DNA of 64,000 bases from an uncultured bacterium (GCA_902788415.1 CADAKF010000001.1:9592-73591), one strand, 5' to 3'. Shown: positions 16,878-27,081, counted from the first letter of the stretch. The notes: generated from the sequence alone by a model not told the origin. Translations and numbers: made by a program.

Positions 16878-18059
16878 TCATTCCTTTGATGTTACGACGC
16901 GACCGGAGAGATGGTCGTCCTCGACATTCGTGACAACAACCTGTACAAGCGACTTGCGCGGCGCCGATCCCTCCGCCTCGCACCTGAAATACTCCCCCGT
17001 CCAACCGACAGGCTTCTCCTCCGACTCGACAACAACCTCGACGGTGCGCCAGAGAAACTTCTGCGCGAAGGCCTTGCGGCCGTGCTGCACGAGCGACATC
17101 AGCTCGCGCGCGCGCTTCGCGCGCAGGCCGCGCGGAACCTGGTTCGGAAACACGGCCGCCGGCGTCCCCGGACGCGCCGAAAACGGGAAGACGTGCGCAC
17201 GGACGAACGGATAGCGCTTCAGCAGGGATTTCGTCGCCTCGAAATCGAGCTCCCGCTCGTCCGGAAATCCCGCGATGAGATCGCAGCCGAGGCCGAGCAA
17301 CGGCATCAGCCGCGTCGCCGTCCCGACGGTCTCCGACACGTCCTTGGGCCCGTAGGAACGCCGCATCAGGCTCAGAATTCGGCTAGAGCCGGACTGAACG
17401 GTCAGATGCAGGAATCGGCAGACATTCGCGTTCGCCGCCATCGCATGGACCGTCTCGGTCGCGCAGGCGCCCGGTTCGAGAGATCCGAGGCGGATGCGGC
17501 AGCGCCGATCGAGACCGGCGAGAGCAGTCACCAGGTCGGGCAGGCCCTTGCCCTCGGACGCATAAAGCGACAAGTTGCAGCCCGTGACGACAATCTCCCG
17601 ATAGCCCGCGTCGATAAAACGCCGCGCACGGTCGAGAAGGTCCGGAAACGGAACGGACGTCGAGGTACCGCGGAACTGCGGCACAATGCAGAAGCTGCAT
17701 TTGCCCGCACAGCCGTCCTGCACCTTCAGATAGGCCCGCGCCGTGCGGACCGGAACCGCGAGGCCCGCCGGACGCCTGAGATTCAATGCGGGCGACAACT
17801 TCGAAAGGCCAACTCCGCTGCGCTTCAGGCATCCGCAGACGCGAACGGCGACAGTCGGATAATGGCGGTGCAGGTGAGCAATGGTTCTCTCCGACTCCTC
17901 GGCGGCCTTGCGCGTCACGCTGCAGCCCCGGACAATGAACAAGTTCGCGTCCTTGTGGTCGTCCGTCACCTCCCAGCCGTCGGCGATGTAGTCCGCCTCC
18001 ATCTGCAAGGCCTCGGCCTTGTTGAGACGACAGCCGAACGTGATGAAGCAAACTTTCAT
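16878..18059 (-). CDS. Radical SAM methylthiotransferase (MtaB/RimO-like)
   Basis: MKVCFITFGCRLNKAEALQME UPF0004 domain; CAGKCSFC radical-SAM CxxxCxxC motif; ATGA overlap with the upstream gene. Confidence 0.75.
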   Translation of the reverse strand: MKVCFITFGCRLNKAEALQMEADYIADGWEVTDDHKDANLFIVRGCSVTRKAAEESERTIAHLHRHYPTVAVRVCGCLKRSGVGLSKLSPALNLRRPAGLAVPVRTARAYLKVQDGCAGKCSFCIVPQFRGTSTSVPFPDLLDRARRFIDAGYREIVVTGCNLSLYASEGKGLPDLVTALAGLDRRCRIRLGSLEPGACATETVHAMAANANVCRFLHLTVQSGSSRILSLMRRSYGPKDVSETVGTATRLMPLLGLGCDLIAGFPDERELDFEATKSLLKRYPFVRAHVFPFSARPGTPAAVFPNQVPRGLRAKRARELMSLVQHGRKAFAQKFLWRTVEVVVESEEKPVGWTGEYFRCEAEGSAPRKSLVQVVVTNVEDDHLSGRVVTSKE

Positions 18060-18565
18060 GCGGCGGGAATCAGGAACAGGAGAACGAGATTCGTCAGGTT
18101 GAAGAGCCCGTGGTTCAGGATCGCATAGCAGAGGCGGCCGGTCTTCTTGTAGAGCCAGCATTGGGCAAGACCGAAGAAGAAGAGGGCAACAAAAGCCGAG
18201 TCCGGAAACGGCTGGAAAACGTAGTGGGCGGCGGAAAAGAGGACGGATGAGACAACCGCCATCAACCTCGCAAGTGCACGGTTTTTCATCGGAGCGTCGG
18301 AGCATCCGACCAGCCGACCAAGTGCGGAATAGATTCCTTTTCTGAAAATCAGTTCCTCAACGGCCGGGAGGAGGAGGAGAATCTGCACACAGAGGAAGGC
18401 GAACTGCCAGTTCCAGCCAGCAACCCTGCGGACAATCTCGAGGTTCTCCTGGTCCGGCAGCTCGACGCCGACCCACTTGGCGACAACCTGCGTCAGATAG
18501 CAAAGGCCGATGGTCGCAGCTGCGATCACCGGCCAGGCCTTGAGGGTTAGTTTGAGGGAGGACAT
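18056..18565 (-). CDS. CPBP family intramembrane metalloprotease (CAAX protease-like)
   Basis: EELIFRKG, FSAAH and HGLFN motifs; start taken at MSSLKLTLKAW. Confidence 0.7.
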   Translation of the reverse strand: MSSLKLTLKAWPVIAAATIGLCYLTQVVAKWVGVELPDQENLEIVRRVAGWNWQFAFLCVQILLLLPAVEELIFRKGIYSALGRLVGCSDAPMKNRALARLMAVVSSVLFSAAHYVFQPFPDSAFVALFFFGLAQCWLYKKTGRLCYAILNHGLFNLTNLVLLFLIPAA

Positions 18566-18646
18566 AAGACGGAAGAGAGGAGACGCGAGAGGACGTAAGA
18601 CGTGAGACGACTGGCGTAAATGTCTCACGTCTCTCGTCTAAAGTCC

Positions 18647-20458
18647 TTAGCCCTCGGCGCCTTGCCCGACTTCGCTGCCAGTTCCGCGAATCTTCAAGTG
18701 CAATTCCCTTAGCTGCTGCTCGGTCACGTAGTTCGGCGCGTTCATCATGAGGTCCTGGGCCTTCTGGTTCATCGGGAAAGCGATGACCTCGCGGATGTTC
18801 GGCGTATCGGCAAGGAGCATGACCATGCGGTCCACGCCCGGGGCGATGCCGCCGTGCGGCGGAGCGCCGAACTGGAACGCGTTGTAGAGGCAGCCGAACT
18901 TCTGCTGGACGACTTCCTTGGGGTACCCCGCGATCTCGAAGGCCTTCTCCATGATGTCGATGCGATGGTTGCGGATCGCGCCCGAGGAGAGCTCGATGCC
19001 GTTGCAGACGACGTCGTACTGGTAGGCCTCGATGGTGAGGGGCTCCTTCTGCTCAAGCGCCTCGAGCCCGCCCTGCGGCATCGAGAAGGGATTGTGCGAG
19101 AAGATGATCTTTCCTGTCTCGGGATCCTTCTCGTAGAACGGGAAGTCGACGATCCAGCAGAACTTGTAGCAGTTCTTCTCGCAGACGTTGTTCGTCATAT
19201 GGTTGGCGATGTCGGTGCGGACGAGGCCCGACAGGCGGTTGCACTCGTCGACATCGGCCGCCATGAAGAAGAGCGCGTCGCCAGGTTCCATGCCGGCGAG
19301 CTTCTTCATCTCCTCGAGCTGCTCGGGAGAGAGAAACTTCGCGATCGGCCCCTTGAGCTCGCCTTCCTTCGTCCAGGAAATGTAGCCGAGGCCCTTGCCG
19401 CCGTTCTCCTTGACGAACGCCTCGCGCTTGTCGAACCACGTGCGGGCCTCGACGCCGACGATCCCCTTGACCAGCATACCCTTGACGAGGCCGCCCGAAG
19501 TCGCCGTATTCGCGAACGCCTTGAAGTTCGCCTTCGCGAAGAAGTCGTTCATGTCAAACCACTTGAGGGGATTGCGGAGGTCCGGCTTGTCGCTGCCGTA
19601 CGTCATCATCGCGTCGCGGTACTTGATGCGCGGCCACGGCGCGGCATTGCAGGACCAGGTCGAGAACTTCTGGAAGGTCTTCCCGACGACGTCCTCGACG
19701 ACGGCGAAGATCTCGTCCTGCGTCACGTAGCTCATCTCGATGTCAAGCTGGTAGAATTCGCCCGGCGAGCGGTCGGCGCGCGCGGCCTCGTCGCGGAAGC
19801 ACGGCGCAATTTGGAAGTACTTGTCAAAGCCCGAGACCTGCAGGAGCTGCTTGAACATCTGCGGGGCCTGCGGAAGGGCGTAGAACATGCCGCGGTGAAG
19901 ACGGCTCGGGACGAGGTAGTCGCGCGCGCCCTCGGGCGAGCTCGCCGTCAGGATCGGGGTCTGGAACTCGTTGAAGCCCTTCGCCCACATCTGCTCGCGC
20001 AGGAACTTGATCACCTCCGAGCGGAGGATCAGGTTCTTGTGCAACTTCTCGCGGCGAAGGTCGAGGAAGCGATACTTGAGACGCATGTCCTCCGACTCGT
20101 CGGCCTTCTCGTCGGGGATGTAGATCGGCGTCACCTCGGACGCCGACTCCATGACGAGCTCGTTAGCCTCGATTTCGATCTCGCCGGTCGGGAGGTCGGG
20201 ATTGATCGTGTCGGCCGTACGGAGCTTCACCTCTCCCGTGACGGTAATCACCGACTCGAGGTGCGCCTTCTCGACGAGGCCGAAGAACTTGCGCGACGGA
20301 TGGATGACAACCTGCGTGAGACCGTAGTGGTCGCGGAGGTCCACGAAAAGGATTCCGCCGTGGTCGCGAAGACGGAACATCCAGCCAGAAAGACGAACGA
20401 TCTTGCCCGCGTCCGAAGCGCGGAGCTCATTGCACGTATGGGTACGATAAGGATGCAT
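18647..20458 (-). CDS. aspS: Aspartyl-tRNA synthetase
   Basis: [13 protein letters not shown] start; class II aaRS motifs (FRDE, GLDR); GGGAG RBS. Confidence 0.95.
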   Translation of the reverse strand: MHPYRTHTCNELRASDAGKIVRLSGWMFRLRDHGGILFVDLRDHYGLTQVVIHPSRKFFGLVEKAHLESVITVTGEVKLRTADTINPDLPTGEIEIEANELVMESASEVTPIYIPDEKADESEDMRLKYRFLDLRREKLHKNLILRSEVIKFLREQMWAKGFNEFQTPILTASSPEGARDYLVPSRLHRGMFYALPQAPQMFKQLLQVSGFDKYFQIAPCFRDEAARADRSPGEFYQLDIEMSYVTQDEIFAVVEDVVGKTFQKFSTWSCNAAPWPRIKYRDAMMTYGSDKPDLRNPLKWFDMNDFFAKANFKAFANTATSGGLVKGMLVKGIVGVEARTWFDKREAFVKENGGKGLGYISWTKEGELKGPIAKFLSPEQLEEMKKLAGMEPGDALFFMAADVDECNRLSGLVRTDIANHMTNNVCEKNCYKFCWIVDFPFYEKDPETGKIIFSHNPFSMPQGGLEALEQKEPLTIEAYQYDVVCNGIELSSGAIRNHRIDIMEKAFEIAGYPKEVVQQKFGCLYNAFQFGAPPHGGIAPGVDRMVMLLADTPNIREVIAFPMNQKAQDLMMNAPNYVTEQQLRELHLKIRGTGSEVGQGAEG

Positions 20459-20483
20459 TTTTCTGTTTCTCCCGAATGGGCGT

Positions 20484-20489
20484 ATTATA
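20484..20489 (-). promoter_or_regulatory. Candidate -10 box (TATAAT) of the aspS promoter
   Basis: Minus-strand GATATAATACG about 30 nt upstream of the aspS ATG, immediately after the terminator hairpin. Confidence 0.35.
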
Positions 20490-20491
20490 TC

Positions 20492-20530
20492 ATAAAAAGA
20501 AACGCCCGGACGCAAGATCCGGACGCTTCA
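20492..20530 (-). terminator. Intrinsic terminator downstream of the small basic-protein gene
   Basis: Minus-strand CGUCCGG-(9 nt)-CCGGGCG stem (7 bp, one G-U pair) followed by UUUCUUUUUA. Confidence 0.45.
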
Positions 20531-20554
20531 GTCTGACTAAGAAAGAAATTTTTC

Positions 20555-20710
20555 TTACGCCTCGGGCTTCGTCTTCTTGAGGCCAAGGCCGCGACTTCCT
20601 TCCTTCCACTCCCCACGCTTCTGGAGGAGGTTGACGCGCTCGAAGCGCTTGAGAACGTTCCGCTTCGACGTAATCTTGCCGGAACCCTTAAGAGATGCAT
20701 GCTGACTCAT
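20555..20710 (-). CDS. Small basic protein (51 aa), possibly ribosomal or nucleic-acid-binding; not in the ORF track
   Basis: Own translation: MSQHASLKGSGKITSKRNVLKRFERVNLLQKRGEWKEGSRGLGLKKTKPEA; high GC3; has its own terminator and sits between aspS and ppiC. Confidence 0.4.
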   Translation of the reverse strand: MSQHASLKGSGKITSKRNVLKRFERVNLLQKRGEWKEGSRGLGLKKTKPEA

Positions 20711-20744
20711 TGTCTTCTTTTCCTTTCAACGAGTGCGTAGTATA

Positions 20745-21812
20745 TCATTTCCCGTCCGGCGTTTCAACCGGGGGCAGGAAGCGCTTGTAATTTTCGCTTG
20801 CCTCAATCTTCGCCGCGCGAAGCTGCTTCTGAACGAAATCTTGCATGAATTCGCGCTTGCCAGCATTTTCAAGCTGTTTGACAACATCGTCAAGCGTCGG
20901 AACAAGACGGACTTCGCCACCCTTGATGAGAATGTGGCTCGCCTGAACCTTCTCAGGGGCAGCCGGATTCCCGTCCTTCGCCTCCACAGCCGGAATCTTC
21001 TTTGTCACAAGAAGGAGGTGGTAGCCGAACTGCGTCTTCACTGGCTCGGAGACCTTGCCGACAGGGAGCTCGAACGCCGCCTTCTCGAACTCGGGAACCA
21101 TCTGTCCGCGCGGAAATTCGCCAAGGTCGCCGCCCTTCGCCTTCGACGGGCAGGCGGAGTTCGCCGCCGCAAGCTGCGCGAACTTGTTCGTCACCTCGGC
21201 CGCGGGAAGCTTGTCGAGCTGGGCCTTCAGCTCCTTCAGCTTGGTGAGCGCCTTCGCATCAGCCGCAACCGCCGCCGTATTGTTGGAGACAATCGCGTCG
21301 ATCCGCTTCTGAGCATCGGCCTTGTAGTCCTTCTTCGCCTGCTTTGCCTGCTCGGCCTTCAGCATCTTGTCGATGAGAATGCCATTTTCGAATTCCGCGC
21401 GCGCACGCTCCTCGCCGAGCGGGAACTTCTTGAAGTACTCTTCGACCGACTTCGGCGCATCCGGCATCTTGGCGACGGCCTTGAGGAACTCCTCTTCGCG
21501 CTCCTTGCGGTCCGCGTCCGTCACGGCAAAACCCTGTTCCTTCGCCTTCGCGACAAGCGCATTCTCGACGATGAAGCCCTGCACGACCTGGTTGGCGAAG
21601 CTCTGCTTCGCATACTCGAGCTGCTCCGCCGGGATCTTGCCCTTCTGCGCGTCGACAATCTTCTCGACGTCCGCGTCAATGGCGCTCTGCATCAGCTTCA
21701 CTCCGTTGACGGAGACCGCCATCACGTCCTCCTGCTTCGGCTCCTCGTTCTTGCCGCAGCCGGCAATCATCGCTCCGGCGAGAACCGCCGCTCCAATCGT
21801 CTTTATGTTCAT
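20745..21812 (-). CDS. Parvulin-type peptidyl-prolyl isomerase lipoprotein (PrsA/SurA-like)
   Basis: Lipobox MIAGCG; PpiC domain [41 protein letters not shown]. Confidence 0.8.
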   Translation of the reverse strand: MNIKTIGAAVLAGAMIAGCGKNEEPKQEDVMAVSVNGVKLMQSAIDADVEKIVDAQKGKIPAEQLEYAKQSFANQVVQGFIVENALVAKAKEQGFAVTDADRKEREEEFLKAVAKMPDAPKSVEEYFKKFPLGEERARAEFENGILIDKMLKAEQAKQAKKDYKADAQKRIDAIVSNNTAAVAADAKALTKLKELKAQLDKLPAAEVTNKFAQLAAANSACPSKAKGGDLGEFPRGQMVPEFEKAAFELPVGKVSEPVKTQFGYHLLLVTKKIPAVEAKDGNPAAPEKVQASHILIKGGEVRLVPTLDDVVKQLENAGKREFMQDFVQKQLRAAKIEASENYKRFLPPVETPDGK

Positions 21813-21833
21813 GGTCTGCTTTTCCTTATGTGC

Positions 21834-22553
21834 TTATGAAATCATTTTCAAGACCTCTCTCCGCGCAACGGAAAGACTGTCTAGATGGAACTGATAGAAT
21901 ACACCAATTGCCCTCGCCGCGTCAAGGGGGGTCTGCGAGTTTCTTGCGTTTTCAGCACCATCCGCCAAATATTCGGCAACTTCTCGTGAAACGCGAATGC
22001 ATCGACCTTCATTCGCGCCAAACGTCCCGTTTTCAAGCGAAAACGCCGACCAACCGGCAGATTTGTCATAGTTCGCGAAGTCCGGCGCAAGCCCCGACAG
22101 CCGCAAGACCTCCAGTTCGAATCCCAACATTCCCGAGAGTGGAGAAGAGGAATCCTTTCCGCTTGCAAGCGACGCGCAAAAATCTAACCTCCGCGTCAAA
22201 GCTTCATACCACATCTCGCACTCCGAACCCATCGGGGCGAGCTCGGAGACAAGTCGGCGGAAGTATCCCGCAAGCGTAAGCGCGCGGTAGTCGCCGCGCA
22301 GGCCTTCGCGCAGCTCGAGCGGAACACAGTCTCGGAGGGCGTGCAGTTCGCCTTTCGCACGCGCGTAGTAGAGGATTTCGCAGGTATAGTTGAGGTCGTA
22401 CTGTCCGAGGAAGGCGCTTTTCGGGCGAACTGCGCCCTTCACGACCGTGGCGACCTTTCCGGATGGCGTCAGCCAGGAGACGATGTGACTTGTCCGCGAC
22501 CACGGACGCACGTCCAGGCAAACCGCCTCCGCCCGTATCGTCTCTCCCGCCAT
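21834..22553 (-). CDS. recO: DNA repair protein RecO, carrying an in-frame repeat insertion
   Basis: MAGETIRAEAVCLDVRPWSRTSHIVSWLT OB-fold N-terminus; insertion [14 protein letters not shown] from the palindromic element. Confidence 0.7.
   Translation of the reverse strand: MAGETIRAEAVCLDVRPWSRTSHIVSWLTPSGKVATVVKGAVRPKSAFLGQYDLNYTCEILYYARAKGELHALRDCVPLELREGLRGDYRALTLAGYFRRLVSELAPMGSECEMWYEALTRRLDFCASLASGKDSSSPLSGMLGFELEVLRLSGLAPDFANYDKSAGWSAFSLENGTFGANEGRCIRVSREVAEYLADGAENARNSQTPLDAARAIGVFYQFHLDSLSVARREVLKMIS
22141..22183 (-). repeat. Palindromic mini-element (family C) copy 2, in-frame in recO
   Basis: GGAGAAGAGGAATCCTTTCCGCTTGCAAGCGACGCGCAAAAATC; hairpin AAGCGGAA-TCCT-TTCCGCTT plus CGCTTGCAAGCG palindrome. 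Confidence 0.8.
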
Positions 22554-24622
22554 CAGTCGGAATCCGCGACAAGCGCGAGGAACTGCTTGCGAAGAAGCGG
22601 TAGCCGACGGCCCTGACGCTCGAGCGACCACATCACAAACTTCCACTTGCGCCCGAAGTCGTAGCGCGGCAGGACGTCCGGATCAAACGCCTCGAACCGA
22701 TCGCGCATGACACTGAGCTGCCACGCCATGGCATGCGTGCGAAACTCGAAGCCGTCCATGAAGCGTTCGGCGAGCGACGCCCGGGAAACCGCCGGATGCC
22801 GAAGCGCGTAGGCCCGGAGCGCAGCGGCAAAATGCCCGAGATAAAAGCCCGCAATCCGCGCGAGGTTGTCGTCCGTCTCTTCGAGCGACGGCCAGCCGAA
22901 GCTGCCGCGGACCGAGCAGGTCGACACCTTCTTCGGCACGACACGCTCGTTGACGATGTCATATTCGAACTCGTAGATCTCCTTGCCGACGCCGTAAAGC
23001 GGCGTCTTCGTCGCCGGATCGAACTTCTTCATCGCCATGTTCTGCGCCGCCGCATCGCCCATCAGCGCAGCCAGCGCGCGGACAACCTCCGGATCCTCCG
23101 AAGACGCGTCATCGGAATTCCGGAAGTAATTCGCCGGAATCGCCTCCATCGGCTCGCCCTCGCAGCGGCGGCGGATGTAGTGGTCTCCCGCCAGACGTCC
23201 CGCGCCAGGCCGGTGGCGCAACAGCAGATAGAGGTTGCTGAGACCGACCCCCAGCGCCCGCAAGGCGCCGATTCGCGCGAGGACATACGGACCATATCCC
23301 TTCGACCCGCGCGAGAGACGCTTTTCGACGAGCGAATCCTCGAGGGGACGGCGGTTTGTCTTGTAGACGACTTCACGGGTAGCGCCCTTGCCCAGCGGAT
23401 CGGAAGAGTCTTCCGTGCGCAGTTCGTAGACGTTCGCATATTCGATGACCTCGTCCTTTGACATCATGCCGCGCAGGTTTGAGAGCAGGAGCTCCGTCCG
23501 GTCATCCGCGCCAGGATGCAGGACCGGACGTCCGCCGACGAACGTCGCGCCGGGAAGCGCCGTCCGCCGGTCGTCGAACGCCGGAGACGCCCCCTCTCCC
23601 ATGACCGAATAGACTTCGCCCGTAATGCACATGTAGAGCGTCTCGACGAACGGCCGCGACGCCTCGTCAGCCAGCTCGGGACGCGCCAGGAGCGACTTGA
23701 AGTGCGCGGCGATCTCCGCGGTCTTCTGGATGACGCCCAGGTGTCCGGTCCTCCCGCAGACGACGTCCTCCAACAGCGCTTCGACTTCCGGGATGAGCGT
23801 TTCCAGCGCCACGCCGCGCTGCAAGCCGAAGAACTCGATCTCATGATGTCCTCGGTGCTTCGGCATCCGAATGAACGAAGCCGCCTCGCCCTCGTAGACG
23901 CCGGCAAGCTCGCGGAGCCCCGCCAGAAAGGCTTCGAGATCCGTCTCCGCCAGCGTGCAGAAGCGGACGAACTCCGCATAGGAGAGGAAGTGGACTCCGC
24001 ACGCCGAATGATAGTAGGAAAGCTTCGTTCCGATGCGCTTGCGGGAAGCCTCGAGCGCCACGCGCATCTCCTTCTCCGTCCAAGCGAGGGGCTTCACGCG
24101 CCACTCCTCGCCGCGACGCCGGTAGAATTCCAGCGTCTCCACGTTGCGTTCGGCCATGACGACGGCGGCAGGGGAAATCGCGGCCGTCTCCGTCAGCCAG
24201 CCGTCGGCCGCCACAAGATCCGCAGTGGAGATCTCGCGTTGCGAAAGCTCAAGCGTATCGCCGACGACATTAGCGCAGAGGACAGCGTGCGCCATCACGT
24301 CGCCGCGCCGTTGCGCCGGCAGCGCGGACAGCCGCCAGAACCGTCCGTCCAGAAGCGGCATGGCCGCCACTGCATGGTTGCCCGTCGACACCGTCATCAC
24401 GCGTCCCCTCGCCCGGTTGCGCAGCTGACGCTTCTCGACCAGCAGCACGCTCGGACGTTCGCCCAGCCGAGCAGCGACGCCACGCTCGAAGACAAACGTG
24501 TCCGCCCCGATGTCGTAGGCCTCGAAGACCCTCGTCCGCCCCATGAACGCCGCCGAAACCGAAGCCGGACGTTTCACGCCCTGCGCCTTGACCCGGTTCA
24601 GAAGCTGGCGGATGGGAGACAT
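22553..24622 (-). CDS. Hypothetical 689-aa protein of unknown function
   Basis: Long ORF with coding-like GC3; no motif I can name; start overlaps the recO region; lies upstream of the murU-amgK fusion. Confidence 0.5.
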   Translation of the reverse strand: MSPIRQLLNRVKAQGVKRPASVSAAFMGRTRVFEAYDIGADTFVFERGVAARLGERPSVLLVEKRQLRNRARGRVMTVSTGNHAVAAMPLLDGRFWRLSALPAQRRGDVMAHAVLCANVVGDTLELSQREISTADLVAADGWLTETAAISPAAVVMAERNVETLEFYRRRGEEWRVKPLAWTEKEMRVALEASRKRIGTKLSYYHSACGVHFLSYAEFVRFCTLAETDLEAFLAGLRELAGVYEGEAASFIRMPKHRGHHEIEFFGLQRGVALETLIPEVEALLEDVVCGRTGHLGVIQKTAEIAAHFKSLLARPELADEASRPFVETLYMCITGEVYSVMGEGASPAFDDRRTALPGATFVGGRPVLHPGADDRTELLLSNLRGMMSKDEVIEYANVYELRTEDSSDPLGKGATREVVYKTNRRPLEDSLVEKRLSRGSKGYGPYVLARIGALRALGVGLSNLYLLLRHRPGAGRLAGDHYIRRRCEGEPMEAIPANYFRNSDDASSEDPEVVRALAALMGDAAAQNMAMKKFDPATKTPLYGVGKEIYEFEYDIVNERVVPKKVSTCSVRGSFGWPSLEETDDNLARIAGFYLGHFAAALRAYALRHPAVSRASLAERFMDGFEFRTHAMAWQLSVMRDRFEAFDPDVLPRYDFGRKWKFVMWSLERQGRRLPLLRKQFLALVADSD

Positions 24623-24643
24623 GCGAGAGTTAAGGGTTGAGAG

Positions 24644-26338
24644 TTAGGAGTGCCGGTGAGAAAACTTCGCAAGCAGGTCTTCCGCCAAGGCACCGACAGC
24701 CTCGAGGCTTGCCTTGTCCGCCGCATCCAGCAGATTTTGCAATGCCGGAACAACATGCTTCTGGAACTGCGGCTGGCCGACTGACGCCAGACGGCCGTAC
24801 GCGCCAAGGCACTGACAGAGTCGCTGTACGGCCGCCAGTGGCAGAACCTTCTCGAACTCGGGGCGCCCCGCGGTCTTCGCGTAGAGCGCGACGAGCGCAC
24901 GGCGCTGTTCGTCCGTAAACGTCACATAGGGGTCGTAGACGAGCGAGGCGAGATCGTACGCCGCCGGCCCGAGACGCATGCCCTGGAAGTCGATGAACGC
25001 AAGATCGCTTCCCTTCCAGAGGACGTTCGTGGACTGGAAGTCACGGTGGACAAGCGCCTTCGGCTCCTTCTCAAGGATCTCGGCGACGCCCTCGAGTTCT
25101 TTTCGCACCGCAGCCGACATCTCCATCTGGAAGTTGGCGCCGAGACAGTACTTCGCAAACAGGTTCCGCTCCCACTCCCAGGTCTCGTCGTCGAACGGCG
25201 GCAACAGGTCCGCCGGCACATCCGGCTCGGTCCCGAGCGCGTTGAACCAGACGAGCGTCTCGACGACCTTCGCGTAGTCCTCGAGGGACATCTTACGTTC
25301 CGTCCCCGCGTTCGACATCAGCATCGCCTTGACGTCCGGTCGGTCCACCAGGACATCCGGAACGGGAATGCCCTTCGCCTTCAGCCAGCGCGCGTGCCCG
25401 GGATACTTCCCGTTCTCGTCGCGGTTGCCGTCGTCGTAAAGGACCGCAATGCCCTGGTCGCAGCCGAAGAACACGCGCTCGCTGCCGCGCGCGCCGAGGA
25501 ACTTCGGATTCGTCGCGCCAACCGCCTTGAGCTGAGGGATGTCCGCAAACGCATTGTCTTCGCCGTCTCGGTTGAGGTCGATGTAGCGCTGAATCGTCCC
25601 CGCGTCCTCCCAGAGAAGGTCGTCCGCCCGCACCGCCTTGACGAACTTGCCGCCCTCCATCATCGCCTTCTCGTAGGCGGTGACGATGGACGAGAACCCC
25701 TCCGGCTTCACGTACTTCAGAATCTCCGGCTTCAGGATCGCGAACCCACAGTAGGTGAACGTCCCTTCGACGCCTGGATCGGGACTCTTCCAGCAGGTCA
25801 CGAACTTCGACTCGGGTTCGACCTCAATCGTGCGCGGACCCGCCTCCGTCACGAGCGCGACGCCAATGCAGCCGGACGTCTTCAGCCGCGCGAACGGCTT
25901 CTCCAGGTCCGGCACGTTCTCCATCACGATGTCGGAGCTCACAAGATAGAACGGCTCATCGCCGATCCACTCGCGGAGCGGATTAAGGACGCCGCCGTTG
26001 CCGAGGATCTCCGGCTCGTAGCTCACCTTGATGCGCACCTTGTCGCCCGCCGCCTGCGCGGCCTTGCGATACTCGTCCGTCCACACGCGGACCTGTTCGT
26101 GGAGATGATGCGAGTTGACGACGATGTCGTCGACGCCCCGCGCCCGTAGCAACGCGACAATGCGCGCAAGCATCGTCTCGCCCCACACCGGCATCAGCGG
26201 CTTCGGCGTCGCACACGTAAAGGGCCTCAGACGGGTCCCGTGCCCCGCCGCCAGAACGACTGCCTTGCGAATCATCTGTAGACGCTCCGCTGACGCTGCG
26301 TCCGGACACGCGGCTCTTCCAAAAGCAGAGAATACCAT
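24644..26338 (-). CDS. Fused MurNAc/GlcNAc-1-phosphate uridylyltransferase (MurU-like) and anomeric sugar kinase (AmgK-like, APH fold)
   Basis: N-terminus KAVVLAAGHGTRLRPFT is the NTP-transferase G-loop; C-terminus HRDFQSTNVLW...IDFQ is the aminoglycoside-phosphotransferase-like kinase catalytic loop. Confidence 0.7.
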   Translation of the reverse strand: MVFSAFGRAACPDAASAERLQMIRKAVVLAAGHGTRLRPFTCATPKPLMPVWGETMLARIVALLRARGVDDIVVNSHHLHEQVRVWTDEYRKAAQAAGDKVRIKVSYEPEILGNGGVLNPLREWIGDEPFYLVSSDIVMENVPDLEKPFARLKTSGCIGVALVTEAGPRTIEVEPESKFVTCWKSPDPGVEGTFTYCGFAILKPEILKYVKPEGFSSIVTAYEKAMMEGGKFVKAVRADDLLWEDAGTIQRYIDLNRDGEDNAFADIPQLKAVGATNPKFLGARGSERVFFGCDQGIAVLYDDGNRDENGKYPGHARWLKAKGIPVPDVLVDRPDVKAMLMSNAGTERKMSLEDYAKVVETLVWFNALGTEPDVPADLLPPFDDETWEWERNLFAKYCLGANFQMEMSAAVRKELEGVAEILEKEPKALVHRDFQSTNVLWKGSDLAFIDFQGMRLGPAAYDLASLVYDPYVTFTDEQRRALVALYAKTAGRPEFEKVLPLAAVQRLCQCLGAYGRLASVGQPQFQKHVVPALQNLLDAADKASLEAVGALAEDLLAKFSHRHS

Positions 26339-27081
26339 TGGTCACCGATGCCCGAGTTGGAGAAGTGGGCGACACGGTTATTCATGAGGCACTCGTGGTT
26401 GCGCTTCAGTATCTCGTTATCGCTCTTCTTCAGGGCCTCAGTGAGCGTCTTGAACGCCGCGTCCGCCTCGCCCCGCTGCACCTGCATCCAGCTCATCGCC
26501 GCCGCGAGAAGGACATTTCCGTTGTAGCGCACGCGCCCGACGCCCTTTCGATAAACCTTCTCGATGCTCTCGAGCGGTTCGCCCAGCATGTACATCCGCG
26601 CCATCTTGATCGCGGACATCGTCGGGTCGATGCAGAGAGCCTTCGGCATCAGCCGGTCAACGGTCGTAAAGTCCTTGATCATCCACGAGAGCTGCAGCTG
26701 GGCCGTCGCAATCTGCCGGTCCATCATCGGCACCCAGAGGCGGTACTTGCGCAACGTCTCCGTCTGCGCGAGCGCCTCCTTGACGAACACCTTCGTGTCG
26801 GCAAGAATCTCGTTCTGCGCGGCCTGAATCGACCCCGGGGGACGCATCTGCCAGCGCTGCATCTTCTGCTGCAATCGCTTCTGCCCAGCGACGAGAATGC
26901 CCTGCACGGCCTCCATGTCGCGTTTCACCCGCTTCTGCAGGAGAAAGCCGACAACCCCTTGAAACACCCCGAATCCGAGAACGCCCGCAAAGACGCTCCA
27001 GCCGATTCCCCAGTCCCCGGCGAAATACGCCGCGGAAAACGAGCCGCCACCGACGGCCAATGCGATAAACAACGTAATCAT
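26272..27081 (-). CDS. Hypothetical membrane protein (2 N-terminal TM helices)
   Basis: MITLFIALAVGGGSFSAAYFAGDWGIGWSVFAGVLGFGVFQGVVGFLL followed by a soluble domain; unknown family. Confidence 0.45.
   Translation of the reverse strand: MITLFIALAVGGGSFSAAYFAGDWGIGWSVFAGVLGFGVFQGVVGFLLQKRVKRDMEAVQGILVAGQKRLQQKMQRWQMRPPGSIQAAQNEILADTKVFVKEALAQTETLRKYRLWVPMMDRQIATAQLQLSWMIKDFTTVDRLMPKALCIDPTMSAIKMARMYMLGEPLESIEKVYRKGVGRVRYNGNVLLAAAMSWMQVQRGEADAAFKTLTEALKKSDNEILKRNHECLMNNRVAHFSNSGIGDQWYSLLLEEPRVRTQRQRSVYR

Noticed and set aside
18551-18646. Rho-independent terminator call for the hairpin after aspS
   Set aside because: Perfect stem but no downstream U-tract on the transcribed strand; reported as a structure of unknown role rather than a terminator
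20485-20700. 71-aa minus-strand ORF in the track (MHLLRVPARLRR...)
   Set aside because: Out of frame with, and overlapping, the better 51-aa basic ORF (20555..20710), which has an RBS and terminator; Ser/Arg-rich composition suggests an artifact
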